A DNA stretch of 64,000 bases, taken from assembly GCA_009914755.4 (NCBI GenBank), contig CP086569.2:5248001-5312000 (forward strand), given 5' to 3'. The first letter of the stretch is position 1, and every line of letters starts with the position of its first letter. Positions 38,403-55,309 of the stretch are shown piece by piece. The notes beneath the pieces were generated by a model. The model was not told the DNA's origin. It was given only the letters and a program-made list of their open reading frames with translations, and ran no database searches. Made by a program: the position numbers and the translations under genes. This DNA is from the human T2T-CHM13v2.0 reference genome, Homo sapiens.

Positions 38403-42254
<3,852 letters not shown>

Positions 42255-42293
42255 TCATTAGTTGATGCAGTTTCTTCCTATTCTCGATGGTCT

Positions 42294-43310
42294 TTACATT
42301 TTGGCATGATTTTGCAGCGGCTGGTACCGGTTGTTCCTTTCCATGTTTAGCGCTTCCTTCAGGAGCTCTTTTAGGGCAGGCCTGGTGGTGACAAAATCTC
42401 TCAGCATTTGCTTGTCTATAAAGTATTTTATTTCTCCTTCACTTATGAAGCTTAGTTTGGCTGGATATGAAATTCTGGGTTGAAAATTCTTTTCTTTAAG
42501 AATGTTGAATATTGGCCCCCACTCTCTTCTGGCTTGTAGGGTTTCTGCCGAGAGATCCGCTGTTAGTCTGATGGGCTTTCCTTTGAGGGTAACCCGACCT
42601 TTCTCTCTGGCTGCCCTTAACATTTTTTCCTTCATTTCAACTTTGGTGAATCTGACAATTATGTGTCTTGGAGTTGCTCTTCTCGAGGAGTATCTTTGTG
42701 GCGTTCTCTGTATTTCCTGAATCTGAACGTTGGCCTGCCTTGCTAGATTGGGGAAGTTCTCCTGGATAATATCCTGCAGAGTGTTTTCCAACTTGGTTCC
42801 ATTCTCCACATCACTTTCAGGTACACCAATCAGACGTAGATTTGGTCTTTTCACATAGTCCCATATTTCTTGGAGGCTTTGCTCATTTCTTTTTATTCTT
42901 TTTTCTCTAAACTTCCCTTCTCGCTTCATTTCATTCATTTCATCTTCCATTGCTGATACCCTTTCTTCCAGTTGATCGCATCGGCTCCTGAGGCTTCTGC
43001 ATTCTTCACGTAGTTCTCGAACCTTGGTTTTCAGCTCCATCAGCTCCTTTAAGCACTTCTCTGTATTGGTTATTCTAGTTATACATTCTTCTAAATTTTT
43101 TTCAAAGTTTTCAACTTCTTTGCCTTTGGTTTGAATGTCCTCCCGTAGCTCAGAGTAATTTGATCGTCTGAAGCCTTCTTCTCTCAGCTCGTCAAAATCA
43201 TTCTCCATCCAGATTTGTTCTGTTGCTGGTGAGGAACTGCGTTCCTTTGGAGGAGGAGAGGTGCTCTGCGTTTTAGAGTTTCCAGTTTTTCTGTTCTGTT
43301 TTTTCCCCAT
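42294..43310 (-). CDS. L1 ORF1p (RNA-binding chaperone: coiled-coil, RRM, CTD), 338 aa, uninterrupted
   Basis: The track ORF is 'MGKKQNRKTGNSKTQSTSPPPKERSSSPATEQIWMENDFDELREEGFRRSNYSELRED...YQPLQNHAKM*'. It is near-identical to L1HS ORF1p, with a few substitutions (e.g. TQSTSP, EQIWME, KTKVRELRE, ANVQIQ, KYFIDK). Confidence 0.93.
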   Translation of the reverse strand: MGKKQNRKTGNSKTQSTSPPPKERSSSPATEQIWMENDFDELREEGFRRSNYSELREDIQTKGKEVENFEKNLEECITRITNTEKCLKELMELKTKVRELREECRSLRSRCDQLEERVSAMEDEMNEMKREGKFREKRIKRNEQSLQEIWDYVKRPNLRLIGVPESDVENGTKLENTLQDIIQENFPNLARQANVQIQEIQRTPQRYSSRRATPRHIIVRFTKVEMKEKMLRAAREKGRVTLKGKPIRLTADLSAETLQARREWGPIFNILKEKNFQPRISYPAKLSFISEGEIKYFIDKQMLRDFVTTRPALKELLKEALNMERNNRYQPLQNHAKM

Positions 43311-44215
43311 CTTTGTGGTTTTATCTACTTTTGGTCTTTGATGATGGTGATGTACAGATGGGTTTTCGGTGTAGATGTCCTTTCTGGTTGTTAGTTTTCC
43401 TTCTAACAGACAGGACCCTCAGCTGCAGGTCTGTTGGAATACCCTGCCGTGTGAGGTGTCAGTGTGCCCCTGCTGGGGGGTGCCTCCCAGTTAGGCTGCT
43501 CGGGGGTCAGGGGTCAGGGACCCACTTGAGGAGGCAGTCTGCCCGTTCTCAGATCTCCAGCTGCGTGCTGGGAGAACCACTGCTCTCTTCAAAGCTGTCA
43601 GACAGGGACACTTAAGTCTGCAGAGGTTACTGCTGTCTTTTTGTTTGTCTGTGCCCTGCCCCCAGAGGTGGAGCCTACAGAGGCAGGCAGCCTCCTTGAG
43701 CTGTGGTGGGCTCCACCCAGTTCGAGCTTCCCGGCTGCTTTGTTTACCTAAGCAAGCCTGGGCAATGGCGGGCGCCCCTCCCCCAGCCTCATTGCCGCCT
43801 TGCAGTTTGATCTCAGACTGCTGTGCTAGCAATCAGCGAGATTCCGTGGGCGTAGGACCCTCTGAGCCAGGTGTGGGATATAGTCTCGTGGTGCGCCGTT
43901 TCTTAAGCCGGTCTGAAAAGCGCAATATTCGGGTGGGAGTGACCCGATTTTCCAGGTGCGTCCGTCACCCCTTTCTTTGACTCGGAAAGGGAACTCCCTG
44001 ACCCCTTGCGCTTCCCAGGTGAGGCAATGCCTCGCCCTGCTTCGGCTCGCGCACGGTGCGCACACACACTGGCCTGCGCCCACTGTCTGGCACTCCCTAG
44101 TGAGATGAACCCGGTACCTCAGATGGAAATGCAGAAATCACCCGTCTTCTGCGTCGCTCACGCTGGGAGCTGTAGACCGGAGCTGTTCCTATTCGGCCAT
44201 CTTGGCTCCTCCTCC
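43311..44215 (-). promoter_or_regulatory. L1HS 5' UTR: internal sense Pol II promoter (incl. YY1 box at the 5' terminus) and antisense promoter
   Basis: A complete 5' UTR of about 905 bp. The YY1 core 'ccaagatggcc' is present as rc 'ggccatcttgg' at 44196-44206. The antisense promoter activity of L1 5' UTRs is established knowledge and is not directly visible in the sequence. Confidence 0.7.
43765..43980 (+). CDS. L1 ORF0 (primate-specific antisense ORF in the L1 5' UTR), 71 aa, intact
   Basis: ATG at 43765-43767 and TGA at 43978-43980. It reads 'MAGAPPPASLPPCSLISDCCASNQRDSVGVGPSEPGVGYSLVVRRFLSRSEKRNIRVGVTRFSRCVRHPFL', antisense to the L1, at L1 positions about 452-236. It is embedded in the longer track ORF 43645-43980. 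Confidence 0.6.
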   Translation: MAGAPPPASLPPCSLISDCCASNQRDSVGVGPSEPGVGYSLVVRRFLSRSEKRNIRVGVTRFSRCVRHPFL

Positions 44216-44219
44216 TAGC

Positions 44220-44233
44220 GAGAGCCCGTTATT
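44220..44233. repeat. Target-site duplication (right copy) of the L1HS insertion
   Basis: 'gagagcccgttatt' is identical to 38146-38159. The 4 nt 'tagc' (44216-44219) between the L1 5' end and the TSD are probably extra nucleotides added at the 5' junction. Confidence 0.9.
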
Positions 44234-44824
44234 TAATGTTGAATATTGTATGATTTTTCTAAATGTGAGCAAATAATATAATTATAATGTTTTCTTTTTT
44301 CAAACTCTGAATTATGTAAAACAAACATATATTTTGTAAGTATCTATTTAAAACACAGCTATATGGATGCACATTGCATATACTAAAAGGTCATAAATAC
44401 AGATCACACTGTATGAGACTACAGTAAAGTTCAGTGAGATAATTTACTTTTACTGCAATGGTAATTTTTTTTTTTAAATTGTAAAGTTTCATTTTAGTAA
44501 GAACTTCAAAGCAAGATGAATAAGCCCTAGAGATCTGCTGTACATTGTGTCTATAGTCAACAATACCATATTGGACACATAAAATTTAAGAAGGTAGATC
44601 TCATGTTGAGTTCTCTGACTACAATAAAGTACAATTTTCTTAAAAGTTGTTATCAGTAAGTTATAGCATTGGAATTCTAATGTAATGAACAGGGCAGTTC
44701 ATACATCTTTTTTTTTTTTGGTCTCCTTAGAAGTCAATAAGGTAGTAATGTGTTCATTTCTAGGTCAAAACCCATTTTTAGGAATAAAGTTATGAGAAGC
44801 TTTCATTCAAGACTTAGACTCTGA

Positions 44825-45181
<357 letters not shown>

Positions 45182-46842
45182 GCTCCCTTAATTTTTATAT
45201 CCCTCTCTTGCCAACAGGTTTTTTTTTTAAGGTTATTTTCTTTCCCTTCACAAGGCTATGTGATGTAATGCAAAGGAAAATGAGAAGCATCTGCTGAAGA
45301 GTTAAACACCCATACCAAAAGAACCATTTCGCTATTTTGCATATTATCTATTCTAAAGGTAGTTAAGAGATCCTCACCCTGAACTCAAAGGCAATTCAAA
45401 AATTTCCTTAAACAAAATCAGAGTGCAATTATTGGACATGAAATAGTAAAGAGGTATAAGTTGTTTAGAACATTTTATTTTAAAATAACATGAAAGTCAT
45501 GCATATATGGTCAGTCCTAAGTCCTTTTCATGTTATTTGTGATTCAAGAGATATATTTTGTCCTGGCCTCTCAATAGGATGTCAGTGCACTTTTGTCTTC
45601 TCTGCATGAACTGCCAAGCAGTTTAACAGATCAGAACATCTAGCCCCTGTTAGGAGTATTAAATATCACTGTCAGTTTATTCTATGAAAAATGAAGTGTA
45701 TGTCAGCGGGGCTGTCATGCTATATGTACAAACAGTTGACCTTCCACTTTGTTTCAGGAATGAGGCTGATATTTGATTTTCTTTTTTTTTAATCAGCCTT
45801 GTTTTTGCCAGTGGATTTTTTAGGCCGGCACCACTGTAATCCATTATTTCTCACTAACAATACTGAATTTACATAAAACATTCAAGAAAATGCATTGATC
45901 TACAGCTATGTCCTCTTTTTGAAATAAGGCAATAAGGCATCAGGGGCTGAATAGTTGTGAAAGCTCTTTGACCTGAAGTATCAGTAAATGCATAAGATTT
46001 ATGAATAGTTCACCAGTATTTGTCAGCACAACAGAACATAAACATTTGTATTGCTGGGTGCTCATTTTACAGTTGTTTATAGAGACTACAGGGTGCCATT
46101 CTACTGTCGACGACTCTGCGCTAGATACAAAAGTATCACTACATTGGGATTGTATTTTCCTATAGCCAAGTAAATTCATGTGATAAGATGTAAACTGAGG
46201 CTCAAAGATATTAGGAAACTTGGTTGTAGTCATACAGTTTTACATGGAAGAATTGATATTTAAACCCTGATTTGCCATACCCAAGAGTTCTTTCCTCTGT
46301 ATGGCATACCAGATTTTTAATAGTGAGGTTCCTTGAATATTTACATAAAATATTTATATACTGATACAATCCTTTATTTACTATTCTCTTTCATCAACTC
46401 AAGCGAATTGCTTAGCATAATAAAACCTCCATAAATCTGCATACCATCTCTTTCCATACTGATTTCTCCAGTTGCCCCTCAATCCCAATGCTTTAAACAA
46501 TCCAGATAATCTTAGGTTCACTTAATGATTCATGCGGCTTCATGTGCCTGCTTATATGCTATTCTGTTTGAATGTCCACTTTGAAAACACTTCTCATCTT
46601 TCAACACACAGTCGCAGTCAATTTTTTTTTGTAATGCTTTCCATTTCTCCTCCTTGAGGTAGAATTGAGCACTCTCTCCTCTGTGACATCACTATACCCT
46701 ATATGGACTGCTGTCATACCAGCTAAGATAAATTTATTATGTATTTTAACGAGTTTATTGAGAAATAACTGACAAATTACAAATTGTCCATATGTAAAGT
46801 ATGCAATTCGGCATATCAGTAAACATTCGAAATTATCACCAC

Positions 46843-47208
46843 TGTATTATTCCATTTTCATGCTGCTGATAAAGATATACCCGAGACTGGGAATAAAAAG
46901 AGGTTTAATTAGACTTTCAGTTTCACATGGCTGAGGAGGCCTCAGAATCATGGTGGAAGGCAAAAGGCACTTCTTACATGGCAGCAGCAAGAAAAAATGA
47001 GGAAGATGCAAACGCGGAAACCCTTGATAAAGCCATCAGATCTCGTGAGACTTACTCACTACCACAAGAGCGGCATGGGGGAAACTGCCCACATGATTCA
47101 AATTATCTTCCACCGAGTCCCTCCCACAACACATGGAAATTATGGGAATACAATTCAAAATGAGATTTGTGTGGGGAGACAGAACCAAATCATATCAACC
47201 ACGATCAA
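46843..47208 (-). mobile_element. Solo MaLR LTR (THE1/MST-like), antisense
   Basis: rc of the LTR family seen at 9729, 21140 and 23077: '...tcatggtggaaggcaaaaggcacttcttacatggcagcagcaag...ctcgtgagacttactcactaccacaagagcggcatgggggaaactgcccacatgattcaaattatcttccaccgagtccctcccacaacacatggaaattatgggaatacaattcaaaatgagatttgtgtggggagacagaaccaaatcatatca'. 5-bp TSD 'accac'. Confidence 0.65.
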
Positions 47209-48659
47209 AATACTGAACATATTTATTATTCCTAGAATTTTTTTCATTTTCCCAGTACCTACTGCATTGACTACCATTTTAGATTTTATCAGTTAATTGG
47301 TAAATATGTATTGACTGAAATAACTTTCTTTGGCAATATAATTCTGTAGTATATATAAAGTAGGGGTTCATTGTCTATGATATAGATGAGATTGGTTTTA
47401 ATGCTTGAAAACATGCAATTTATATGAGAATCTTTAAAAATTAGGAAGTATAAGAGACAAAATATCAATTTCTTTCTCCTACATTTAAGAACAGGTAGTC
47501 TCTTCAAAATCCCAGAAGTTGAGCCTTAGCTGAGGTTTAGTGTTTTCTAAACAGGCTTAAAATGGAAGTTGTTTAATTATATAATAATTATGCAAGGAAA
47601 AATGTGGTGATGAAGATTAAACAACTCTTTTATATAGGCCATCTAGGAATTAATCATTGGAGGAAAAGTAACTCTTAGGTTTTAGAGCATCAATTAGTAA
47701 ACTACAGGTGTATCATTCCTAGCAGCTAGTAAATAGGTGAAGGTGGTTGCACAAGCCTTTTTTCAGAGATGTATATTCTTTGACTTTGGGACTACTATTA
47801 AATATGCCCACACAGAAAGCATTCCATGAGGACGACAATGGATTATGGAATATGGCAAAACCAAAATTATGTTAATGTAGAAACCAAAGTAATTCCACCT
47901 TTCTGGGGACAAGCCCAGATATGTAAACATACTGCTTATCTAGCTACATTTATCTTTCACTATGAGTCCCTAAAATGTTATACCGCAGGTATGTTAAGTA
48001 ACTAACTTCTAAGAATGCACTATAAACTCTTCTTACATGCCTTTGCAGTACCCTCACCTAGAATGCTTTTCCACCCATTCCCATATCCCTTTGCCTAGTT
48101 AGTTCTCAGTCATTAGCTCTAATTTTGAAGTTGACTCCTCTAAGAAGACATATTTGGCCAAATTACTTGAGACTCTTACCTTTGTGTTCCATAGCACTCT
48201 GAGATATTTGTGTTAAAGAAAAGCAGATTTGGGCAATAGTTAAAGTGGTAAAGCAGATTTTATTCAGGAACTATTGTAGATGGAGAAAAGAGGCTTCAGT
48301 ATGGCACTTGAGCTCAGTTTCAAATACAGCAAGGGCAAGTGGAGATTTATAGCCAAGGAGGAAGTTGTTGGGTGAAGCTTGGTGGATGGAAAAATTACTA
48401 AGTGTAGGGGAAATTCTGCCTAAATTGACCTAACAGTATTCTTGTGGAATCTTTCAGGTCAGGTGATATGGAAGGTAAGAGATTCTGACTAAAACTGGGC
48501 TAAGCAGTTCTTAAGACAAGGCTGAAGAACAAGGCCTAATCAAGAAAGGTCTTAAAGGAGCCTGACCAAAGTTTGGTCAATGAGAGACTCTTTGTTTCTA
48601 TCATAACATTCATCACACTGTACTGAAATAACTTTGTAAGAATTTTTTTTTTACATATA

Positions 48660-48770
48660 CCCCACTAGACTGGAAGCTTCAGGAGGGTAGATTATTCTTT
48701 ATTCAATATTGTATTCCTCACAAATAGCAACATGCTTGGCACATGCAATCAATGTTTGTTGAATTGAAAT
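48660..48770 (+). mobile_element. MIR SINE fragment
   Basis: 'ccccactagactggaagcttcaggagggtag...ctcacaaatagcaacatgcttggcacatgcaatcaatgtttgttgaattgaa' compared with the MIR consensus 'ctagactgtaagctccttgagggcagg...agtgcctggcacatagtaggtgctcaataaatgtttgttgaatgaatg'. Confidence 0.6.
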
Positions 48771-50742
48771 TAACTTTTAAAGTACAGAGTATAAGATAAA
48801 TGTAAGTGACTATTTTTAAAATATATAGCTTTAGTGGTTGATATTCATTAGGAATTAGATACCAGCATTCTACAATCAAATGATAAATCCTTTGAAGTAT
48901 AAACTTCTGATTGATGTGTTTATATATATTTAGTAATTATGAAAATGGAAACTAGTTATTTTCTGATCTATCACTGAAACTTTTCTTAATAGTATGGCTT
49001 TGTTTCAAATAACCATTACAATAGAGAATGATCTTGTTTACATTAGAAACAAGGCTAATATAGGACTAAACAGCTGTCTTAAATTATTTGTAATCAAAAT
49101 TTTGTCTGATATGCTGTCGTAAATGTTGCTATGCCCTTATTTGTTTCATGCAGATATTGATCATTTAAGAATAATATCTGCATGATGACAAAATGCCTGC
49201 TTAATTTGTTAAGTGAGAGAAAAGTCAAACTTTTTGATGAACAGTTTATTAACTTTTTGCAATTATTTATTTATTGTTTTGTTATTTGGTAAAGACACAC
49301 TCTCTGTTGGCTTAAACTGTAAACTATAGCAAGGATTTGCATACACTTTAATGGGAATTCTATAATTTGACCGTTATTTCAGATATCCACAATTAATCAT
49401 ACCCTGTGACTTTTCCTTTTCTCTCTTTTAAAGTGATTTTATGAATGTATGCTCCTTAAAAGAGGTAGTTTTGCTTGTCTTTAGTTGAGTAACATTAGTC
49501 CAGCAACAAAATTAGCAAAAGTATAATGGTAACTTGCAAAGTTTCTATAACAACGATGCTATCCTATTGGGACCACATGGTATCACATATGTTATGCCAG
49601 ATTACTCACTCTTAACAGACACCTGTGGTTCATTAACAAAATGTGCTGGAGTATCCCTAATTATACAAACAATTGATAGTTTAAAATAATTTTGCTACAT
49701 TTTTATAATAGGGGCTTCTTTTCCTTAAATATTCTGCTGCCCAGTTTCTTAAAACTAAAAAAAAATCATGACAAAAGAATGAAACTTTAAGTCAGGTTAT
49801 TATATTGGCCATATAGTTAATTTTACTATATATTAGTAACTAACATATAGCTTTAAGTTGACTTAACCTACCTTTAAATCAATACAATAATGTAGCAATT
49901 ATGAGGCTGTTGCAAACTATAAATGTATTGCATACTTCTACAATATGTAGCACTTAAAACTCATAAAATGTTTAAAAGCAAAGATCACACTCATACATAA
50001 AATACAACTCCACAATAAGAAATAAAAAATATAACATGAAGTAGTGATTGTAAAATACCCAATGAAAGATAAATCCCTTAACTTGAATAGCAGCCTATTT
50101 GTTGTTTCATTCATATTGTCATCAACAGTATATTATAATATTATAATATTATAATATCTATTATAACAAAACTTGAAATATCTTGAGTATATTCTTAGAT
50201 AACTTGAGCGGCTGCAGATCAGCATAATATTTCCAGCTGATTATTTAAAAGCGTCCTAAAAAGAAATCCGCAGACAGTTTTATTTGTTTACCACCTTGAA
50301 AATTCTTCCTAAATCTATTAAATATCAACTAATATTCATTGTAGTTCTTTTCATATTAAAGTCAAAATCATTTCAATAAACTGAACAACTTTTTGAAAAT
50401 CAGAATATAGAAGTTCTGTGATGTTTGTCTCAGTAACTATGACCATTTACCTATAGGAAAAATTTACTCATCAATATGATATCTAAGTTAATTTAGATTT
50501 ATGTTTCTTTATGTAAATAAATATAAAATGATTGAATATCTGATTCTATATTAATATAATTTTTCACTTGTAGTAATTTTTGCCTAGATAAAGGTGGTGG
50601 ATTAAAAAAATAGGAAGACTAAAATAGATGGAAGTGCCTCTCCTCATCTGGAGTTTGAAAAAAAAAAAAACAAAAAAACAGTGGATAGTTACTACCATCA
50701 CCTTTAATAAAGGACTTTAGAAATACCTTCCTGACTGGGTAC

Positions 50743-51080
<338 letters not shown>

Positions 51081-51764
51081 GACCTTTACCTCCAAAAGGA
51101 AGGCAAGAAGTAATTACAATTTTTCTCTGGCATTTCTAATGCTAGTTCTGGTCACTGTACTGTAAATATGTATTTTTTTTTTCAATTCCAAATCCAGCTC
51201 TTCACTATATTTGCTGTGTAACACACATTTCTAGTGCAGATATTGTATTTTATAGGGGCTTATACAACTTTTCTTAAAATTGATACTAAGCTAAGACATT
51301 CTTTGACACACAGAATAAAATCAGACTTCCATTGCAATCAAGATGTAAAATGTTTTAAAGTTATTGCATTCTACTTTTTTCATATGACTGTTAAAACAAT
51401 TTATCTTTTAAAAGATCATATTTCAGGGATCTGAATTCTATTGTAGATATCTCTACTTAACAGAGTTTAATTTGGTGAAAATATGACACGAAACTATAAA
51501 AATCAACTGATTTCTCCTACCTTTTTTACCCTTTCCACAACATCAATTTCTACACTTAATCTAGAAAGGTATAAAATATAATGGAGGAGTAAATATATTT
51601 CCAGTTGGTTTTCTTTTAGGAAACACAGCAAAACCCTTTGTTTAACATCAGGGATGATCTAAAAGGAAATCCTGTAAGTGTGAGAGGCAATGTCAGACAC
51701 TTGTAATAACATATAAGTCTGAGAGATGGAGGGAAGATTTAAGCAGAAAACTGAAGAGTATGCA

Positions 51765-54700
51765 AGATTAAGACATCCACTCAAAAGCACACAGCTATTT
51801 GCTCCTGAATGACTCTTGGGTAAATAATGAAATTAAGTCAGAAATCAATAAGTTTTTTTAAAGTAATGAGAACAAAGAGACAACATACCAGAATCTCTGG
51901 GATGCAGCTAAAGCAGTGTTAAGAGGGAAATTTATAGCACTAAATCTCAACATCAAAAATCTAGAAAGATCTCAAGTTAACAACCTATCATCTCAACTGA
52001 AATAACTAGAGAATCAAGAGCAAGCAATCCCCAAAGCTAACAGAAGACAATAATTAACCAAGATCAGAGCATAACTGAAGGAGACAGAGATGTGAAAAAC
52101 GCTTTTAAAAAAATCAACAAATCCAGGAGCTATTTTTTTGAAAAAAATAATAAAGTAGATAGACTACTATCTAGACTCATAAAGAAGAATAGAAAGAATA
52201 ATCAAATGAACACAATCAGAAATGATAAGGGGGATATCACCACTGATCCCACAGAAATAAAAACAACTACCAGAAAATATTGTAAATCCCTCTATACACA
52301 TAAACTAGAAAATCTAGAAGAAATGGATAAATTTGTGGACACATACACTCTCCCAAGACTGAAAGGAAGAAATTGAATCATTGACCAGACCAATAACATG
52401 TTCTAAAATTGAGGCAGTAATAAATAACCTACCTACTAAAAAATAAATCACAGGACCATACAGATTCACAGTGGAATTCTACCAGAAGTACAAAGAAGAG
52501 CTGGTTTCATTCCTACTAAAATTATTCTGAAAAACTGAAGAGGAGGGACTCCTCCCTAACTAATTCTCTGAGGCTAGCATTATCCTGATACCAAAACCTG
52601 GCAGAGATACAACAAAAGAAAGAATACTTTAGACCAATATCCTTGATGAACATCAATGCAGAAATCCTCAGTAAAATATTGGCAAACGAAAGCCAGCAGC
52701 ACATCAAAAAGCTTATCCACCATGATCATGCTGGCTTCATCCCTGGGATTCAAGGCTGGCTCAACATACACGAGTCAATAAATGTAATTCATCACATAAA
52801 CAGACAAAAACCACACGATCATTTCAATAAATGCAGAAAAGGCCTTCGATAAAATTCAACATCCTTTTATGTTTAAAACTCTAGATACATTAGGAATTGA
52901 AGGAACAGACCTCAAAATAATAAGAACCATATATGACAAACCCACAGCCAATATCATACTGAATGAGCAAAAGCTGGACACATTCCCCTTGAAAACTGGC
53001 ACAAGGCAAGGATGCCCTGTCACCACTTCTATTCAACATATTATTGGAAGTTCTGGCCAGGGCAATCAGGCAAGAGAAAGAGATAAAGAGTATTCAAATA
53101 GGGAGTGAGGAAGTCAAATTATCTTTGTTTGCAGATGACATCATCCTATATCTAGAAAACCCCATAGTCTCAGCCCAAAAGCTTCTTAAGCTGATAAGCA
53201 ACTTCAGCAAAGTCTCAAGATATAAAATCAATGTGCAAAAATCGCTAGCATCCTTATACACCAACAAAAGGCAAGCAGAGAGCAAAATCATGAATGAACT
53301 ATCATTCATAATTGCTACAAAAAGAATAAAATACTTAGAAATACAGCTAACAAAGGAAGTGAGGGAACACTTCAAGGACAACTACAAACCACCGCTCAAG
53401 GAAATCAGAGAAGACACAAACAAATGGAAAAACATTCCAGGCTCATGGATAGGAAGAATCAATATTGTAAAAATGGCCATACCGTTCAAAGTAATTTATA
53501 GATTCAATGCTATTCCCATTAAACTACCATTGACATTCTTCACGGAATTAAAAAAAAAACTATTTTAAAATTCATATCGAACTAAAAATGAGCCCAAATA
53601 GCCAAGTTAATCCATAGCAAAAAGAACAAAGCAGGAGGCATCACACTACCTAACTTCAAACAGTGCTACAAGGCTGCATTAACCAAAACATCATGGTACA
53701 AGAACAGACACATAGACCAATGGAACAGAATAGAGAACTCAGAAATGAGACTGCACACATACAAGCATCAGATCTTTGACAAACCTGACAAAAACAAGCA
53801 ATGGAAAAAGGATTCCCTATTTAATTAATAATGCTGGGAGAACTGGCTAACCATATGCACAAAATTATAACTGGACTCCTTCCTTACAACATATATAAAA
53901 GTTAAGATGGATTAGAGACTTAAATGTAAATCCCACAACTATAAAAAGCCTAGAAGAAGATCTAGGCAATACCATTCAGGGCATAGCAGAGGCAAAAATG
54001 TCATGATAAATCATCAAAAGCAATTGCAACAAAAGCAATAATTGACAAATGAGATCTAATTAAAGAGCTTCTGCACAGCAAAAACAAACAAACAAACAAA
54101 CAAACAAACAAAAACTATCATCCGAGTGAACAGATAGCCTACAGAAAGGGAGAAAATTTCTTAATGTAGCCACCTGACAAAAGTCTAATATCTAGAATCT
54201 ACAAGGAACTTAAATTTACAAGAAAAAAAACAAACACCTTCATAAAAAAATTGGCCAAAGGACATGAACAGACACTTCTCAAAAGAAGACATACATGTGG
54301 CCAATAAACATATGAAAAAAAGTTCAACATTACTGATCATTAGAGATCCTCAAATCAAAACCACAATGATATACCATCTCATACCAGTCAGAATGGCTAT
54401 TACTAAAATGTCAAAAAACAACAGATGCTGGTGAGGTTGTGGAGAAAAAGGAACGCGTTTACACTGCCTGTGAGAGTATAAACTAGTTCAACCACTGTGG
54501 AAGTCAATGTGACAATTCCCAAAGACCTAGAGGCAGAAATACCATTTGACTCAGCAATCTCATGACTGGATATATACCTAAAGAAATATAAATCATTCTA
54601 TTATAAAGTTACATGCATGCATATGTTCATTGAAGCACTATTTACAATAGCAAAGTCATAGAATCAACCTAAACGCCCATCAATGATAAACTAGATAAAG

Positions 54701-55070
54701 AAAATGTGGTACATATACCTCATTGCATACCATGCAGCCATAAAAAGGAACAGGATCTTGTGCTTTGCAGAGACATAGATGGAGTTGGAAGCCATTATCC
54801 TCAGCAAACTAACGCAGGAGTAGAAAACCAAACACAGCATGTTCTCACTTATAAGTGGGAGCTGAACAATGAGAACACGTGGACACATGGTGGGTAACAA
54901 CACACACTGGGCACCTGTAGGGTTGGGGAAGAGCATCAGGAAGAACAGCTAATGGATGCCGGGCTTAATACCTGGGTGATGGGATAATCTGCGCAGTAAA
55001 CCACGATGGCACATGTTTATTTATGTAACAATCCTGCACATGTACCCCTAAACTTAAAATAAAAGTCAAA
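51765..55070 (+). mobile_element. 5'-truncated L1PA-type element (sense), ORF2 from end of EN domain to 3' UTR, multiply disrupted
   Basis: Track ORFs 52092-52376, 52643-52852, 52869-53108 and 53044-53568 are consecutive ORF2p pieces ('[35 protein letters not shown]', '[20 protein letters not shown]', '[34 protein letters not shown]', '[26 protein letters not shown]...'). The 3' UTR ends '...cctgcacatgtacccctaaacttaaaataaaa'. Confidence 0.8.
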
Positions 55071-55309
55071 TTAAAAATAAGAAAATTGAAGAGTATGACC
55101 ATGAGGTGGGATGAGGGAGAGTTCTGGGCACCCAGGTTCAGAACAGCTTTTCCACAGTTTCAGAGCTAAACCTTCATGGTGTCTCTGAATGTCTTCATTT
55201 GAATCAAATGCTCCAAATCAGCAAACACCCAAGATCAAAAAAAAAAAAAAAAAAGACTTCTTAAAAATGCATTCCAGAGCACAATATCTGTCTTCATATT
55301 ATGAATATT

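Noticed and set aside
43313-44218. Additional + strand ORFs in the L1HS 5' UTR (43313-43615 100 aa, 44006-44218 70 aa) and - strand ORFs (43491-43832, 43826-44083)
   Set aside because: This is a GC-rich non-coding 5' UTR. Only the 71-aa frame at 43765-43980 coincides with the known position and length of ORF0. The others have no known counterpart.
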